Origin: a virus
DNA length: 64,000 nt
Direction: 5' to 3' (one strand)
IMG/VR virus record: IMGVR_UViG_3300029989_000005
Shown here in pieces: positions 9,330 through 19,883 of the stretch. The notes beneath the pieces are model-generated. The model had not been told where the DNA came from, did no database searches, and saw only the letters and a list, made by a program, of their open reading frames with translations. Made by a program: the position numbers and the translations under genes. How positions within the stretch are numbered: the first letter of the stretch is position 1; each line of letters begins with the position of its first letter.

Positions 9330-11036
9330 TTATATAATACTAAAATAATTTATATCTTCAGTTAATAATTTTATAGTATCAGAATTATTAATATCATACG
9401 TTACATTTCTGAAAGGTTTTGTATTGTTAATTAATTGATTAACATCATTATTAACATTTTCCAATTCTTTAAAGCTGTATTTCCAACATTTGAATGTTAT
9501 AAGGTTATTATTTTTTCTTAATTCTATAATTTTATACGCACGAAATCTGTTTATTATAACAGTTTCCTCTGTTTCCATAAGTTTATTGATAATATCTTCT
9601 GTAGATTCATCATCGTCTGCAATATAGCTTTCAAGTATTTTCCTTATATCAGCCGATTCATTAATCTTATGCATTTTCTTATCAATAATTAGAGATTTTT
9701 CAAAAACACCAAACTTGTTAATAATAACAGGCTTTATAAGCTTACCTTTAAAATTAAATTCTCTACCCTCGTTTATATCAATATGGTTTTCAAGGTCGTT
9801 ACTATCATCATCTTTCTTTATATTAGTAAGACCTTCAATGTTGCCGAGTTCAGTTGATATTTCCGATACAACTTTGTCAATAATTTTATCGGATTTTTCT
9901 GTGTCGGAAAGTTTTTGTATTTGTTCTTTTTTACCCAAAAGCAACAAATAAACCTCTTCTATATCAGCATTATATCTTATTTCATCAGGAAGTGATTCAA
10001 TTTTTTTAATGTTTCTTTGTATTATTTCAAGTTCCTGTATATATTCTTCATCATTTTCAGAAACTATGCTATCAAAGTTAAATGAATTATCTTGCTCTCC
10101 ATCCATGTTTTCACCATCCACATTTTCAGTGTTGATATTATTGGCATCCACATTTTCAGTATCAGTATTTTTGGTATCAAGATTATCATCATTATTATTT
10201 TCAGCATCATCTACTTTTGAAATATCAAAATCCTCGTTTATTGGCTCAGTATTAAAGTATGAATTCAAATCAATTCCATAAGAATTGAGGATGTATTCTT
10301 GAACATTATCATCATACTTGAACATTTCATCAATACTGTTTATTTCATCTACAACGATAATATAAATACAATCACCTAAAAATACAACGCTTATAGTTGA
10401 ATATACATCCTCAAGCTTAATCGAAAATCCTTTTAACGGGGTTTCCTCAGATGATATATAATTCTCAGCACCTTCAAAAATTTTCTCACCTTGAGTTACA
10501 ACAAGTGAATTTTTATTACTTTTTGCTATAAAATCAATAGCTTCTTCTATAATTACGTTTCTGCCATTATTTGTGTTTGTTACCGATGCAACAGATTGAG
10601 TTGATGGGTCTATTGATATTATATCATTATACAAATCAAGTACCCTCATACTACCACCATCATCATTCATAGTTTTTACCAAATCCTCAGGATTTATGTA
10701 TTTTAACACATATTGAGGTATAACAGTAGGTGGTAAGAATCTTGCATTAACAAGCTTTTTATAAACTCCTGAATCATCAGAACCTTCTGTTTTAATTAAA
10801 TTAATAAGCCCCGCCAATAACACAGCTGATGCATTTTTAACGGTAAGTGTATATTGTTTCATTATTTCCTCAGCATTTGATTTAATTACGTTTTCTGAAT
10901 CACCCTGAACACCAACCAAATATTTTTGATTTTCTTTGTTGTTGAATAAATAGTAATTACCATCAGTATCAACAGATATGAGTAAAGTGTTATCATATTC
11001 AAGAAAATAGCTATTATCTTTATTAATCCAATTCAT
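9330..11036 (-). CDS. Acidic hypothetical protein, probable virion head protein
   Basis: 568 aa, D/E/N-rich, upstream TAAATAAT, several INE motifs. Confidence 0.45.
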   Translation of the reverse strand: MNWINKDNSYFLEYDNTLLISVDTDGNYYLFNNKENQKYLVGVQGDSENVIKSNAEEIMKQYTLTVKNASAVLLAGLINLIKTEGSDDSGVYKKLVNARFLPPTVIPQYVLKYINPEDLVKTMNDDGGSMRVLDLYNDIISIDPSTQSVASVTNTNNGRNVIIEEAIDFIAKSNKNSLVVTQGEKIFEGAENYISSEETPLKGFSIKLEDVYSTISVVFLGDCIYIIVVDEINSIDEMFKYDDNVQEYILNSYGIDLNSYFNTEPINEDFDISKVDDAENNNDDNLDTKNTDTENVDANNINTENVDGENMDGEQDNSFNFDSIVSENDEEYIQELEIIQRNIKKIESLPDEIRYNADIEEVYLLLLGKKEQIQKLSDTEKSDKIIDKVVSEISTELGNIEGLTNIKKDDDSNDLENHIDINEGREFNFKGKLIKPVIINKFGVFEKSLIIDKKMHKINESADIRKILESYIADDDESTEDIINKLMETEETVIINRFRAYKIIELRKNNNLITFKCWKYSFKELENVNNDVNQLINNTKPFRNVTYDINNSDTIKLLTEDINYFSII

Positions 11037-11130
11037 AATAAAATATTTTGTTTATATTATTTATTTTCGAAAGATTATTATATTAATTAAATTCAATATT
11101 AATACAAAGACATTTTATTATAAAATACAT

Positions 11131-11165
11131 TTTGACCACCAATAATACTATATTTGGTGGTCAAA
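11131..11165. terminator. 12-bp hairpin after tail tube gene
   Basis: tttgaccaccaa / ttggtggtcaaa. Confidence 0.6.
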
Positions 11166-11189
11166 TTATTAATAATATAATGTGCGTTA

Positions 11190-11756
11190 TTATCCTGCAA
11201 GTAAGTCCTTTTGATTTTCACATTGAAACTTAAACCCTGTGATTTTGTAAATACCTTCGGTAGTTTGGTTCAAATTCCAAGCGGGTAATTGTGTTATAGG
11301 GAAGAAAATAGGAATATCATAATATTTAATAAGTTGACCTATTTTGTTTGTAATTTCAACAGTTGCAGACCCTGTATGATCTCTCTTAAGTGTCTGTAAT
11401 CCTGTTGCGGGGTCATATGAAAGCTTTGACCAATCCCTAAGTAAATCGTATGGGTAGGGTATAAGTGTATCAGGGTTAACATTTACCTCAAAATCAAATG
11501 TTAGTGCCATTTTTGTATCAACAATAGTTCCCAAAAATGTTCTATCATGGTGTTTATATTTTTGAGAAACAGTTCCTGGAATTTTATCATTATCAAGTCC
11601 ATCAATTTTAAGATGTTGTTCCAACAATAATGAGGCATTTCCATATTTTTGTTGTAAAGAAGCGGGTAATATGATATTAGCTTTATATCTAGTCAGGAAT
11701 ACAGGTTCATCTAGATTAACCGCTGCTCTTGAGCCTGAAAATTTATAGTTTTCCAT
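11190..11756 (-). CDS. Tail tube protein (T4 gp19-like)
   Basis: 188 aa beta-rich fold pattern: QKYK---RTF-G, LTFDFEVN, LRDW---YDP-TG, FFP. Confidence 0.75.
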   Translation of the reverse strand: MENYKFSGSRAAVNLDEPVFLTRYKANIILPASLQQKYGNASLLLEQHLKIDGLDNDKIPGTVSQKYKHHDRTFLGTIVDTKMALTFDFEVNVNPDTLIPYPYDLLRDWSKLSYDPATGLQTLKRDHTGSATVEITNKIGQLIKYYDIPIFFPITQLPAWNLNQTTEGIYKITGFKFQCENQKDLLAG

Positions 11757-11828
11757 AATATAATAAATTTTTGATATTATTGTTTTAATTATTTAGTAAA
11801 ATTTTGTATACTATAACACAACCTTTTT

Positions 11829-12572
11829 TTAATCTGTATACATGATTCCAAGCGATGCAGAATTTAATTGGTAGTCCATAAGATATTTATCCACTTCTTT
11901 TATCATATCTTTACCATCACTTTTAATTTCCGTAAAATTTATTTTATAACCACCAATCAATTTTTGATCTGTGAATGCTACGATATTGGCGAATGACACT
12001 TTACATTTACCAAGGCAATATTTCTTAAACATCACATCATTATATAACATTTCTTCGGGTATTTTCATACTACATTCAGCAAGTACACTTGATTTCATAT
12101 CTTGACCATCAACCGTTATCATATGGGTATTCTGATTAAAATCATATATCAAATCTTTAACCATAAAATTTGTTAAAAATGATGTATAAAAATTATATGT
12201 TATGGCTGTAAGCATAGCACCTGAATCACCCGCTATACCCATTGCAAAATTCCAATTGGTTTGCTTAAAATCTGTGTCTTTACCTGTATACAAGCCATCA
12301 TTAAAATTACCTGACAATGTGCGTATTCTAGTTATAGCATGAGTAGCATCAGGCATAGCTATTTGTCGCTTTGCCTTGAACAATGGTGTATTAAATGCTG
12401 TTTGTCTTATTACTATATAGCAAAATTCATGAGATAAATCAGATAACTCATAATAATAATCCCTTGTGTTATTAATTATGGTTTCAATTCTATGGACTTT
12501 AGGTGAGGCGGGAATAGTACCACCCTCAGTTAATTCATCGATTAACCAATTTACAAATTCTTTCTTTGTCAT
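11829..12572 (-). CDS. Neck/head-completion protein (T4 gp13-like)
   Basis: YDFNQNTH-ITV-G, LYND-MFKKY--GKCK, LIGGYKINF-EIKSDG resemble the gp13 C-terminus. Confidence 0.7.
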   Translation of the reverse strand: MTKKEFVNWLIDELTEGGTIPASPKVHRIETIINNTRDYYYELSDLSHEFCYIVIRQTAFNTPLFKAKRQIAMPDATHAITRIRTLSGNFNDGLYTGKDTDFKQTNWNFAMGIAGDSGAMLTAITYNFYTSFLTNFMVKDLIYDFNQNTHMITVDGQDMKSSVLAECSMKIPEEMLYNDVMFKKYCLGKCKVSFANIVAFTDQKLIGGYKINFTEIKSDGKDMIKEVDKYLMDYQLNSASLGIMYTD

Positions 12573-13102
12573 ACAAATAATTTATTAATATCAATATTGT
12601 TGGCTTCACATTCAAAAAGAAGAATTTGTAAAATCTTGGTTAACAGTTCTTCATCATTTTCGCTTTCATTATTTGTGTACCATTCCTCTATTAGTTCATA
12701 AAAGCTATATTCATCACATGGTATAGGAAGAATATCACTTTTATAAGTTTTAGATGAACATATGTTGTGTATGGCTTTAGCATACATATCTTTGGAGTAA
12801 ATATTTATGCTATTATTGAGAAGTACGGTTGAAAGTAAAGTGTATAATTCATCCTTTTCATTACTTTCAGTTACAAAATTTTTGATTACATCTATATTAT
12901 TGCGTTTATATTCTTTATCTGTATATTCAAAATCATTATTTTCAATTTTATATGAAAACGTTATTCCATCATGAGATATACAGAATATTTTTATAAAGCT
13001 ATTATCTATAACAAATCCACGGTGTCCACGTTTAATAATTTTCACACGGTAATTTGGAGAGTACACTGTTAATTGGTCACATGTTAATATAGCTTCTTTC
13101 AT
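12569..13102 (-). CDS. Hypothetical protein
   Basis: 177 aa ORF overlapping the next start by 4 nt. Confidence 0.6.
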   Translation of the reverse strand: MKEAILTCDQLTVYSPNYRVKIIKRGHRGFVIDNSFIKIFCISHDGITFSYKIENNDFEYTDKEYKRNNIDVIKNFVTESNEKDELYTLLSTVLLNNSINIYSKDMYAKAIHNICSSKTYKSDILPIPCDEYSFYELIEEWYTNNESENDEELLTKILQILLFECEANNIDINKLFV

Positions 13103-13112
13103 AAACGTAAAA

Positions 13113-13772
13113 TTACACTTTGTTTTTATTATTTATTTTATAAATTGTTTTTGTTAACCAATATTCAAATTTGGTTAACCAATTTTTAGATTTTATGTTT
13201 GAATAATACAGTTCAAATATTGGAATGTGATTGAATTCTGAGGTTTCTTTGTTGAGTATTTCTATACCAGTATCGGCAGTTACACAGTTATGCACTTTGA
13301 TACCATTAGCAACGAATACATGCATTTTGTTACTTATAGTTAAGTCAAATACTCTATGAAATCCCAATATTTTTTCTATCGATTTTACCTCCTCACAGAA
13401 TCCACCTGAATTTATAACACTATATTTGCTGCCTGTATGCATATCAATTTTGTGTTTGAGATCAGCAATAGAAAAAAATTTATCATTTCCTTTTAACACC
13501 TCTGTAACCTGATATATAGGAAGTATATGGTCTTGGGTGGCATATAAGGTTTTACCACCATATGTTTCAAGTTTGTATAATCTTTTTATACCTGTGTAAT
13601 GAACATGGGTTATTTTTGACTCTTGATCTTCATCTATGTTTACAAAATACCCAAATTTACTTATGTTATAAGACCTATATTCCTTATAAATCATAAAATA
13701 TTCTAAGACCTCTATTAATTTAATAGAGGTCTTATATACACATATTTTTAAATTATTTAACAATATTATCAT
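13113..13772 (-). CDS. Extein-less split-intein fusion: IntC (residues 1-162) directly followed by IntN (163-219)
   Basis: Block B ATQDH, block F VFDLTI, block G FVANGIKVHN, then immediately block A CVTADTGIEI...IPIFELY; C163 codon at 13286-13284. Confidence 0.8.
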   Translation of the reverse strand: MIILLNNLKICVYKTSIKLIEVLEYFMIYKEYRSYNISKFGYFVNIDEDQESKITHVHYTGIKRLYKLETYGGKTLYATQDHILPIYQVTEVLKGNDKFFSIADLKHKIDMHTGSKYSVINSGGFCEEVKSIEKILGFHRVFDLTISNKMHVFVANGIKVHNCVTADTGIEILNKETSEFNHIPIFELYYSNIKSKNWLTKFEYWLTKTIYKINNKNKV

Positions 13773-14232
13773 ACGCCAATTTATAATCCTCGTTAGTCAT
13801 TTCGAAGATTGTTTTAATTCTATCCTTTTTAACTATTGATATTATCTCACTATCAGACATATATCCTACCTTGCTAATATATTCAGATATTTTTTTATAT
13901 GCATCACAGCTATCATTTGAAACATAAAAATTGTTGGTTGCTGTTTTATTACCTTCACCCGTACTAAATTTAACGGCTACTTTGTAATAAAAATCGCTAT
14001 CATCACCAACAACACCCTCAATTTCTTCCTTCAATATCTTTTTGAATTCAAGTTGCTTTCTGTTTTCAATAGATATACATTCTTTACATATCATATCAAG
14101 ATTTATAAGTTCCTTGAATATATTTTCAGCATCTGTATAATTTAGTGCGGGAATATAATATTCTTGTGTCTTTGGTACTATTCCGAAGTCCGTTTTGGTT
14201 TCTTCTTTAATCAGTGCTTTGAAGTACATCAT
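13753..14232 (-). CDS. DUF4494-like protein (Bacteroidota-associated)
   Basis: YFKALIK...EYYIPALNYTDAE...FYYKVAVKF...DSEIISI matches the two-repeat DUF4494 pattern as recalled. Confidence 0.6.
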   Translation of the reverse strand: MMYFKALIKEETKTDFGIVPKTQEYYIPALNYTDAENIFKELINLDMICKECISIENRKQLEFKKILKEEIEGVVGDDSDFYYKVAVKFSTGEGNKTATNNFYVSNDSCDAYKKISEYISKVGYMSDSEIISIVKKDRIKTIFEMTNEDYKLAYDNIVK

Positions 14233-14253
14233 AGTTTTTAAATTTTAATTTTG

Positions 14254-15840
14254 TTAATAGTCTTTAGATATATTTATTTTTATTTGTTCAACCTCGAATT
14301 CCTCAGATACATAATAGGAGTAACGTTCCTTTCCCCATTTATGCATATAAGATACAATTGACTCCAATTTACCTGTTGTCAAATTTTGTTTCTTTGTGTT
14401 AGTAGATTCAACTACATCATAAATATATGTCATATCTTTACCCTCATAAAGACGTGCCAATCTACCCATAGTTTGATTATTAGTTGTACTAGATTTAAAT
14501 GCCTCACCATACAAAATATTAACTAAGTTTTTGATTGATTGACCCGTTGAGAAAGTTAAATAGTTTGCAACCAATATACAGTTACCCTCAGTATGATTTT
14601 TAATTTCGCTTTTTATTATTTCTCTTGTTGATACCTCTACATCACCATCGATAAAATATATCTTTTTACCAAGGTTTTGGTATATATTAAGTTCAATAAG
14701 CCTTTCATATATTTGTTTGCCATATCCACCTTTCTTGTCTGTAAAATAAACTAATGTGTTTCCTTTCATTTTACTAACCAATTGACATTTCCATTCAAAA
14801 AGTCTTCTGTGTGATCTTACAAATTGCTGTTCATACCTTAATTTTTTCTCAGGGTCATCTATATATTCCTTATCAATAGCTAATTGCAATTTTTCCTTAT
14901 CACTAGCAAAATCAATTATTATTTGTTTTATTTTACAATCTGTTGTAGCACCTGCAGAAACCAAATCCCTCTTTGAAATTATGTATGATATAAGACCAAA
15001 ATTATCCTCGTTTGTGAAATGTTCAGAATTATCACCAACCTTTGGGTGTGAGCCTGATAGACCAACTCTGTTCATAAGTACACCACAATTTTTAATTATA
15101 TTCATTATGGATGATGATGTAGACCTATGAGATTCATCACAAAATACTGTATCAAATTTAGATAAAAAAGTTTCATCTAAATTTGCCAAAGTTTGAAAAT
15201 TACCAATTATATGATCAAATTTACCTATATTCTTTTTATCCTTTGAATCACCATAAGCCATACCCATCTTAAGGTTGAATCTACCATTTGAATAGTCAGT
15301 AAATTCTTGATATGTTTGTATTACATATTGTGGGTCAGGCTCTATAATAAGTATGTGATGTGCCTGACCTGTATATCTAAGAAGCATCATTAGTAAATAC
15401 ATGGTAAGTGTTTTACCACCACCCGTACCAACATCAAGTCTTGAGAACCTATATTTATAAGCATTGTATATCGATTCTACTTGGTAATCATAAGGAACTA
15501 TATCATCGATATGTTCTGTCATGCTGTAGCAAAATTTTTTAACCTGATCATAAGTTATATTATCTCTTATTAGATTATCAAAATTTTGAAGTTGTATAGG
15601 AAATCCAAATCTTTCACACATAGTCATTAAATTAGACCATTGTGTTGACTTTAATTTATCAGCACCTATCATATAGTTTATAATACCATCAAGTCTTTTA
15701 CCTTTAGCTTTCAATTTCTTTTGTAGAAAATGGAAATTATCTATTTTCTTCCTGAAGTAAACAGATGTTTGTAATTGTTCAGCCTCTGTTTCAAAAAACA
15801 GAGTTATATATTGTAAATCATCAGATAGTTTAGCAATCAT
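14254..15840 (-). CDS. uvsW: SF2 helicase UvsW-like
   Basis: PYDYQ, GTGGGKT, DESH, GLSGS, TFSTGQSIKNL, QTMGRLAR, IYDVV. Confidence 0.88.
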   Translation of the reverse strand: MIAKLSDDLQYITLFFETEAEQLQTSVYFRKKIDNFHFLQKKLKAKGKRLDGIINYMIGADKLKSTQWSNLMTMCERFGFPIQLQNFDNLIRDNITYDQVKKFCYSMTEHIDDIVPYDYQVESIYNAYKYRFSRLDVGTGGGKTLTMYLLMMLLRYTGQAHHILIIEPDPQYVIQTYQEFTDYSNGRFNLKMGMAYGDSKDKKNIGKFDHIIGNFQTLANLDETFLSKFDTVFCDESHRSTSSSIMNIIKNCGVLMNRVGLSGSHPKVGDNSEHFTNEDNFGLISYIISKRDLVSAGATTDCKIKQIIIDFASDKEKLQLAIDKEYIDDPEKKLRYEQQFVRSHRRLFEWKCQLVSKMKGNTLVYFTDKKGGYGKQIYERLIELNIYQNLGKKIYFIDGDVEVSTREIIKSEIKNHTEGNCILVANYLTFSTGQSIKNLVNILYGEAFKSSTTNNQTMGRLARLYEGKDMTYIYDVVESTNTKKQNLTTGKLESIVSYMHKWGKERYSYYVSEEFEVEQIKINISKDY

Positions 15841-15841
15841 A

Positions 15842-16360
15842 TTAATTTATATTATTTCTGTGTATAAACAAGTATCTTTCATCAAGTCTTTCAACATCAT
15901 AAATATATGTGAATAATGCAATTATAAATTTATTGTCTTTGTCTTTACAACCGAACCTTTTATAATTTTTAAAGTATTCACATGCTTTAGATACTATATA
16001 TTTGTTGCTACTTGTTATAAGTAGTTCAAACACCTCGTTAAACTCCCTAGTTTCTATATATTTCATATTATATTCTTTCCTGAATTCAATCAGCTCTTTA
16101 TATGTACTACATGCACGATTATGTATACGTTGCCTCCAATAGTCTATCCTTAAGTCAAGATAAATTATTATAATTTTAGTAATACTATAGACGATAACGT
16201 ATGCACATATTCCACATAAAAATGCACTCATAAATGCATCTTTAATACACGATATGCTTGCCAAAAAAATACACAAAAACACAACAGACATGCATATTTC
16301 CCACAAAGCAGCCTCTTTTTTTAATGTTTCTTTTATGTGCTTAAATATTAAATTTCCCAT
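15842..16360 (-). CDS. Hypothetical membrane protein
   Basis: Two N-terminal hydrophobic segments. Confidence 0.55.
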   Translation of the reverse strand: MGNLIFKHIKETLKKEAALWEICMSVVFLCIFLASISCIKDAFMSAFLCGICAYVIVYSITKIIIIYLDLRIDYWRQRIHNRACSTYKELIEFRKEYNMKYIETREFNEVFELLITSSNKYIVSKACEYFKNYKRFGCKDKDNKFIIALFTYIYDVERLDERYLFIHRNNIN

Positions 16361-16363
16361 AAT

Positions 16364-16888
16364 TTATAATTTTTGGTATTCTTCTAATTTTAATACTAAT
16401 TCATGCCCAAACGTCATATCGGAAATATTTTTAATTGTTTCAACTAGAAAATTTATATGATTTTCAAGTAGTGATATACAATATTGATACTGTGAAAGAT
16501 TTGATTCTAAAAATATCTTTCTTTCTGTATCGTTTGATGGCTTTATACCATCAGGATTGTTTCCGAATTTATATTTTTTGATTTCTTTTTCCTTAATAAC
16601 AGCCACATCCTTTGACAACCATATTAAATCATCAATAATACACTGTTTCCGTATTATGATTGTCTGTCTATCATAATAAAACCTGTTTTTTGATTTTGAT
16701 AGAAGTACAACATTTTTCAAATTATAACTAAGGTCTTGTATGTTTTTGGATATTTTTTGAACATCATGTTCCTTCCTTTCTTCAATAAAAACTGATATTT
16801 CAGATATATGATTTGATAATATATTAGAATTTATGAGGCTTTTAATTGGTTTATTGAGGTCATATATGTTTTCAGAAGATTCCGACAT
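16364..16888 (-). CDS. uvsY: UvsY-like recombination mediator
   Basis: Helical protein ending ERKIFLES...INFLVETIKNISDMTFG, near UvsW; start placed at MSESS. Confidence 0.6.
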   Translation of the reverse strand: MSESSENIYDLNKPIKSLINSNILSNHISEISVFIEERKEHDVQKISKNIQDLSYNLKNVVLLSKSKNRFYYDRQTIIIRKQCIIDDLIWLSKDVAVIKEKEIKKYKFGNNPDGIKPSNDTERKIFLESNLSQYQYCISLLENHINFLVETIKNISDMTFGHELVLKLEEYQKL

Positions 16889-16950
16889 TTTTGGTGTTTT
16901 TATTTTTATTATCAATAATGGTGGTTTTTTTCACAGGTATAATGTTGGAA

Positions 16951-16990
16951 ATTTTAGCTTTAGGAATAGACATATTCCTAAAGCTAAAAT
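16951..16990. terminator. 18-bp perfect hairpin downstream of gp46
   Basis: attttagctttaggaata-gaca-tattcctaaagctaaaat. Confidence 0.6.
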
Positions 16991-17025
16991 CAATTTCCAA
17001 ATCATTATCAAATTTAAGTAGTTTT

Positions 17026-19773
17026 TTAACCTTTTTCATTACCTGATCTCATGTTTGTTATTTTAATTTCAGAAAAATTATTATCCACAGTCATTTCTAT
17101 TTTATTATCAAAAAATGTAGGATTAATTAATGAATGATTTACCAAGAACACATCCATATTTAAACCATCTACTATTTCTTTTTTGGTTATTTCAAGTATT
17201 ATTGGTAACATTGAAACATGTAATGAAGAAAATATTTCATCAAGGAAAACAACATTAAGATTTGTGCATTTGTTTTTAATAAATTTGATTATTGTGATAA
17301 TGATTGAATAATCAATCATTTTGGATTGACCTAGAGATATCGTTCTGTATGAAACATCGTTCCCAAATCTGTATATAGCGGGTTTGAATTCATCATCAAA
17401 CTTTATAGCCAAAGGCAAATCAAATTGATTAAGTATACGATTAACGGATTGATTAATGTATGGTATAATTTTACCAATTATAAAGCTTTTTATTCCTTTG
17501 TCAGAAAGTGAGTATTCAATTAATTTTAAGAATAGCAATATTGTATTGGTGGTATTATATTCCTTTAAAATATTTTCAACCTGTTTATTGTATTCTATTA
17601 ATTTAACTTTCATTAAATCCTTATTGTTGGTTATAATTAGCTTATTATTGTTTATGGTTTGAAGATTTTGATTTATTTCGTTGTTAATTTCTTTATTCTC
17701 TTTAGCAACCATTTCAGATTTAAGTTCCAATTCTTTCAGTTTGATCTGAGCAGTATCTAATGAGTCAAATTTTGTTATGCATTGTTCAAATTGTGTTTCG
17801 TCATTGGATAAGCGATTTTTCAGGTTTTCTATATCTTTTTCTATATTTACTTTGCGTTCAGATTCAGATTCAATTAATTTTGAAATAGATTTCTCTTTAA
17901 GTTCTTTAAGTCTATTCTCTGTTGCGGCAACATTATTGTCAGTAATATCAACAAGACCATATTTAAGTTGGTTGATTTCAGTTGATTTGGTTTTATCAAA
18001 TTTATCAACCTCTCCTTGATATATTCTTTGTTTTGATGTGGTTTCGTTATATTCTTTGCTTATATTATCAAGTTCTTGTTTTTTAACATCAATGTTTTCA
18101 GATACCTCAGAAATTTTTACTTTCATATTAGCAAGCATTTCATCATCTTTACCAAATTTTATCATATTTTCAGTTACCAAATATGTATTAAGCAGCTTAT
18201 ACCAATTTGTGAGTGTTTCAATTACCTCGTCTGTTGTTATGCTAGCAAGTTGCGTATTAAAGATAATTTCTGATACAGGATTAAAATTTGATTTAAGTTT
18301 TAATTTAAATTCAATCATTTTTCTTTTGGCTGTATCTATATCAGTACCAACTTTAACAATCGTTTCATTCTTAACTTTCAATGAATCTTTTAAAATAGGA
18401 AGCTCCCTACCAAATTTCTCATTAAGCTCCTCAAGTTCAATTATTTTATGCTGATGATCAACATCCTCGAATGAGGTTTCACAGGTTGGACACATACCCG
18501 ATTTATAAAGACCTATAAGCCTTTCATTATTCTTTACGTTATCTGATTTTGAATTAATATTAATTTGCTCTTCATCACGCAAATTAATAAGTTCATCATA
18601 TTGCTTTGAAAGTTCATTTTTAAGGCTTAGCTCTCTTGTATATTGATTCCTTGTTTCTTTTATATTATTGAAATCCTCAATAGATTTTTCAATAATATTA
18701 TTGAAATCATTATACAATTTATTTTGTACTAAGAGATTATATTCATCCCGTATTTTTATAGCTTTTTTTGATTGTTCAGAAGACTTATAGTTGAGTTCTG
18801 ATAACAACGACAAGTAGTCATTATATTGCTTAAGAGAATTTTTCTTGTAATATGTCTGAATGTCTGAAATAATATTATCTATTTCTTCCGAATTCTTTTT
18901 TTCTGATTTTCTGAGGCTATCTATATTGACTTTAACTTTTTCAAGTTCAAGTTCCTCAGATTTTATAGCTATTTTTGCCTGTTCATTTGTAGAGTATTCA
19001 ATATATTTAAGAGCTATATCATATTCTTTTTGACATTCCTCTATACAAACAATTTTATTGTTGGATATTTCAGTTTTTATTTTATTTCCTTCTTCAAGTA
19101 TTTTTATTTCCTGTTCAAGCTCTGATATTCTTTCATCACTATCTAAACTATTTTTCAATTTTTCAATTTCGCTTTCTATGAAATCTTTTTTTATAGTATT
19201 TTCCGTTAACTTATCTACATATTTTTTGATTCCAACTTTATTCTGTTCATTCATTTCATTTAAAATATAGAACCCGAATATTCTGTCACGGATAAGTCTA
19301 GTGTCTTTGGCGGACATTGCTATAAAGCTTTTAAAATCAGCCATTGAAAGCGATACAATATTTGAAAATATATGGTATTCAATATCTAAAATATTTTCAT
19401 ATATATATTTTTTGGTTTCAGGTAGCTTGCCTGTATCCAAAATCACATTATCTTTTGTAATGATTATGGATTTCATGGATGATTTAGTGTAATTACTCTC
19501 AATAGACCACACACTATTAAACGATTCAAGTTCCACCTTGATATAACCATTACCATTTATATCATTTGAAATTTCTGATACGTTAATTGGAACTTTATCA
19601 AAATACATTCCTAATTTAAGGCAATTGATCAATGATGATTTGCCACTACCATTTTTACCCAACAATATGTTCATTGTTGGTTGGTTATTATTGGATAAAT
19701 TTTCAAAGTCAATAAATTGTTTGTTATTTCCAAACAACATTACATTCTGCAGGGTAAGTGATTTTATTTTCAT
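17026..19773 (-). CDS. Rad50/SbcC-like recombination ATPase (T4 gp46-like)
   Basis: Walker A GKNGSGKSS, long coiled coils, zinc hook CPTC, signature ISLGQ, Walker B FLDEIFSSL, VNH. Confidence 0.92.
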   Translation of the reverse strand: MKIKSLTLQNVMLFGNNKQFIDFENLSNNNQPTMNILLGKNGSGKSSLINCLKLGMYFDKVPINVSEISNDINGNGYIKVELESFNSVWSIESNYTKSSMKSIIITKDNVILDTGKLPETKKYIYENILDIEYHIFSNIVSLSMADFKSFIAMSAKDTRLIRDRIFGFYILNEMNEQNKVGIKKYVDKLTENTIKKDFIESEIEKLKNSLDSDERISELEQEIKILEEGNKIKTEISNNKIVCIEECQKEYDIALKYIEYSTNEQAKIAIKSEELELEKVKVNIDSLRKSEKKNSEEIDNIISDIQTYYKKNSLKQYNDYLSLLSELNYKSSEQSKKAIKIRDEYNLLVQNKLYNDFNNIIEKSIEDFNNIKETRNQYTRELSLKNELSKQYDELINLRDEEQININSKSDNVKNNERLIGLYKSGMCPTCETSFEDVDHQHKIIELEELNEKFGRELPILKDSLKVKNETIVKVGTDIDTAKRKMIEFKLKLKSNFNPVSEIIFNTQLASITTDEVIETLTNWYKLLNTYLVTENMIKFGKDDEMLANMKVKISEVSENIDVKKQELDNISKEYNETTSKQRIYQGEVDKFDKTKSTEINQLKYGLVDITDNNVAATENRLKELKEKSISKLIESESERKVNIEKDIENLKNRLSNDETQFEQCITKFDSLDTAQIKLKELELKSEMVAKENKEINNEINQNLQTINNNKLIITNNKDLMKVKLIEYNKQVENILKEYNTTNTILLFLKLIEYSLSDKGIKSFIIGKIIPYINQSVNRILNQFDLPLAIKFDDEFKPAIYRFGNDVSYRTISLGQSKMIDYSIIITIIKFIKNKCTNLNVVFLDEIFSSLHVSMLPIILEITKKEIVDGLNMDVFLVNHSLINPTFFDNKIEMTVDNNFSEIKITNMRSGNEKG

Positions 19774-19883
19774 TTGATTTTATTTTTTCGTTTAGCCTTA
19801 TTCTTTCTACAGGTGTCTCTGTGCTTAATTTCCTGTTTACCTTCTTTGCTGTCTTTATATTCAACTAATTTATAAGCTTTCAT
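19770..19883 (-). CDS. 37-aa basic peptide MKAYKLVEYKDSKEGKQEIKHRDTCRKNKAKRKNKIK
   Basis: Translated by hand; its TGA overlaps the gp46 ATG (ATGA); below the ORF-track cutoff. Confidence 0.55.
   Translation of the reverse strand: MKAYKLVEYKDSKEGKQEIKHRDTCRKNKAKRKNKIK

Noticed and set aside
17081-17089. Perfect DnaA box TTATCCACA
   Set aside because: Single copy inside the gp46 CDS, expected by chance in AT-rich DNA
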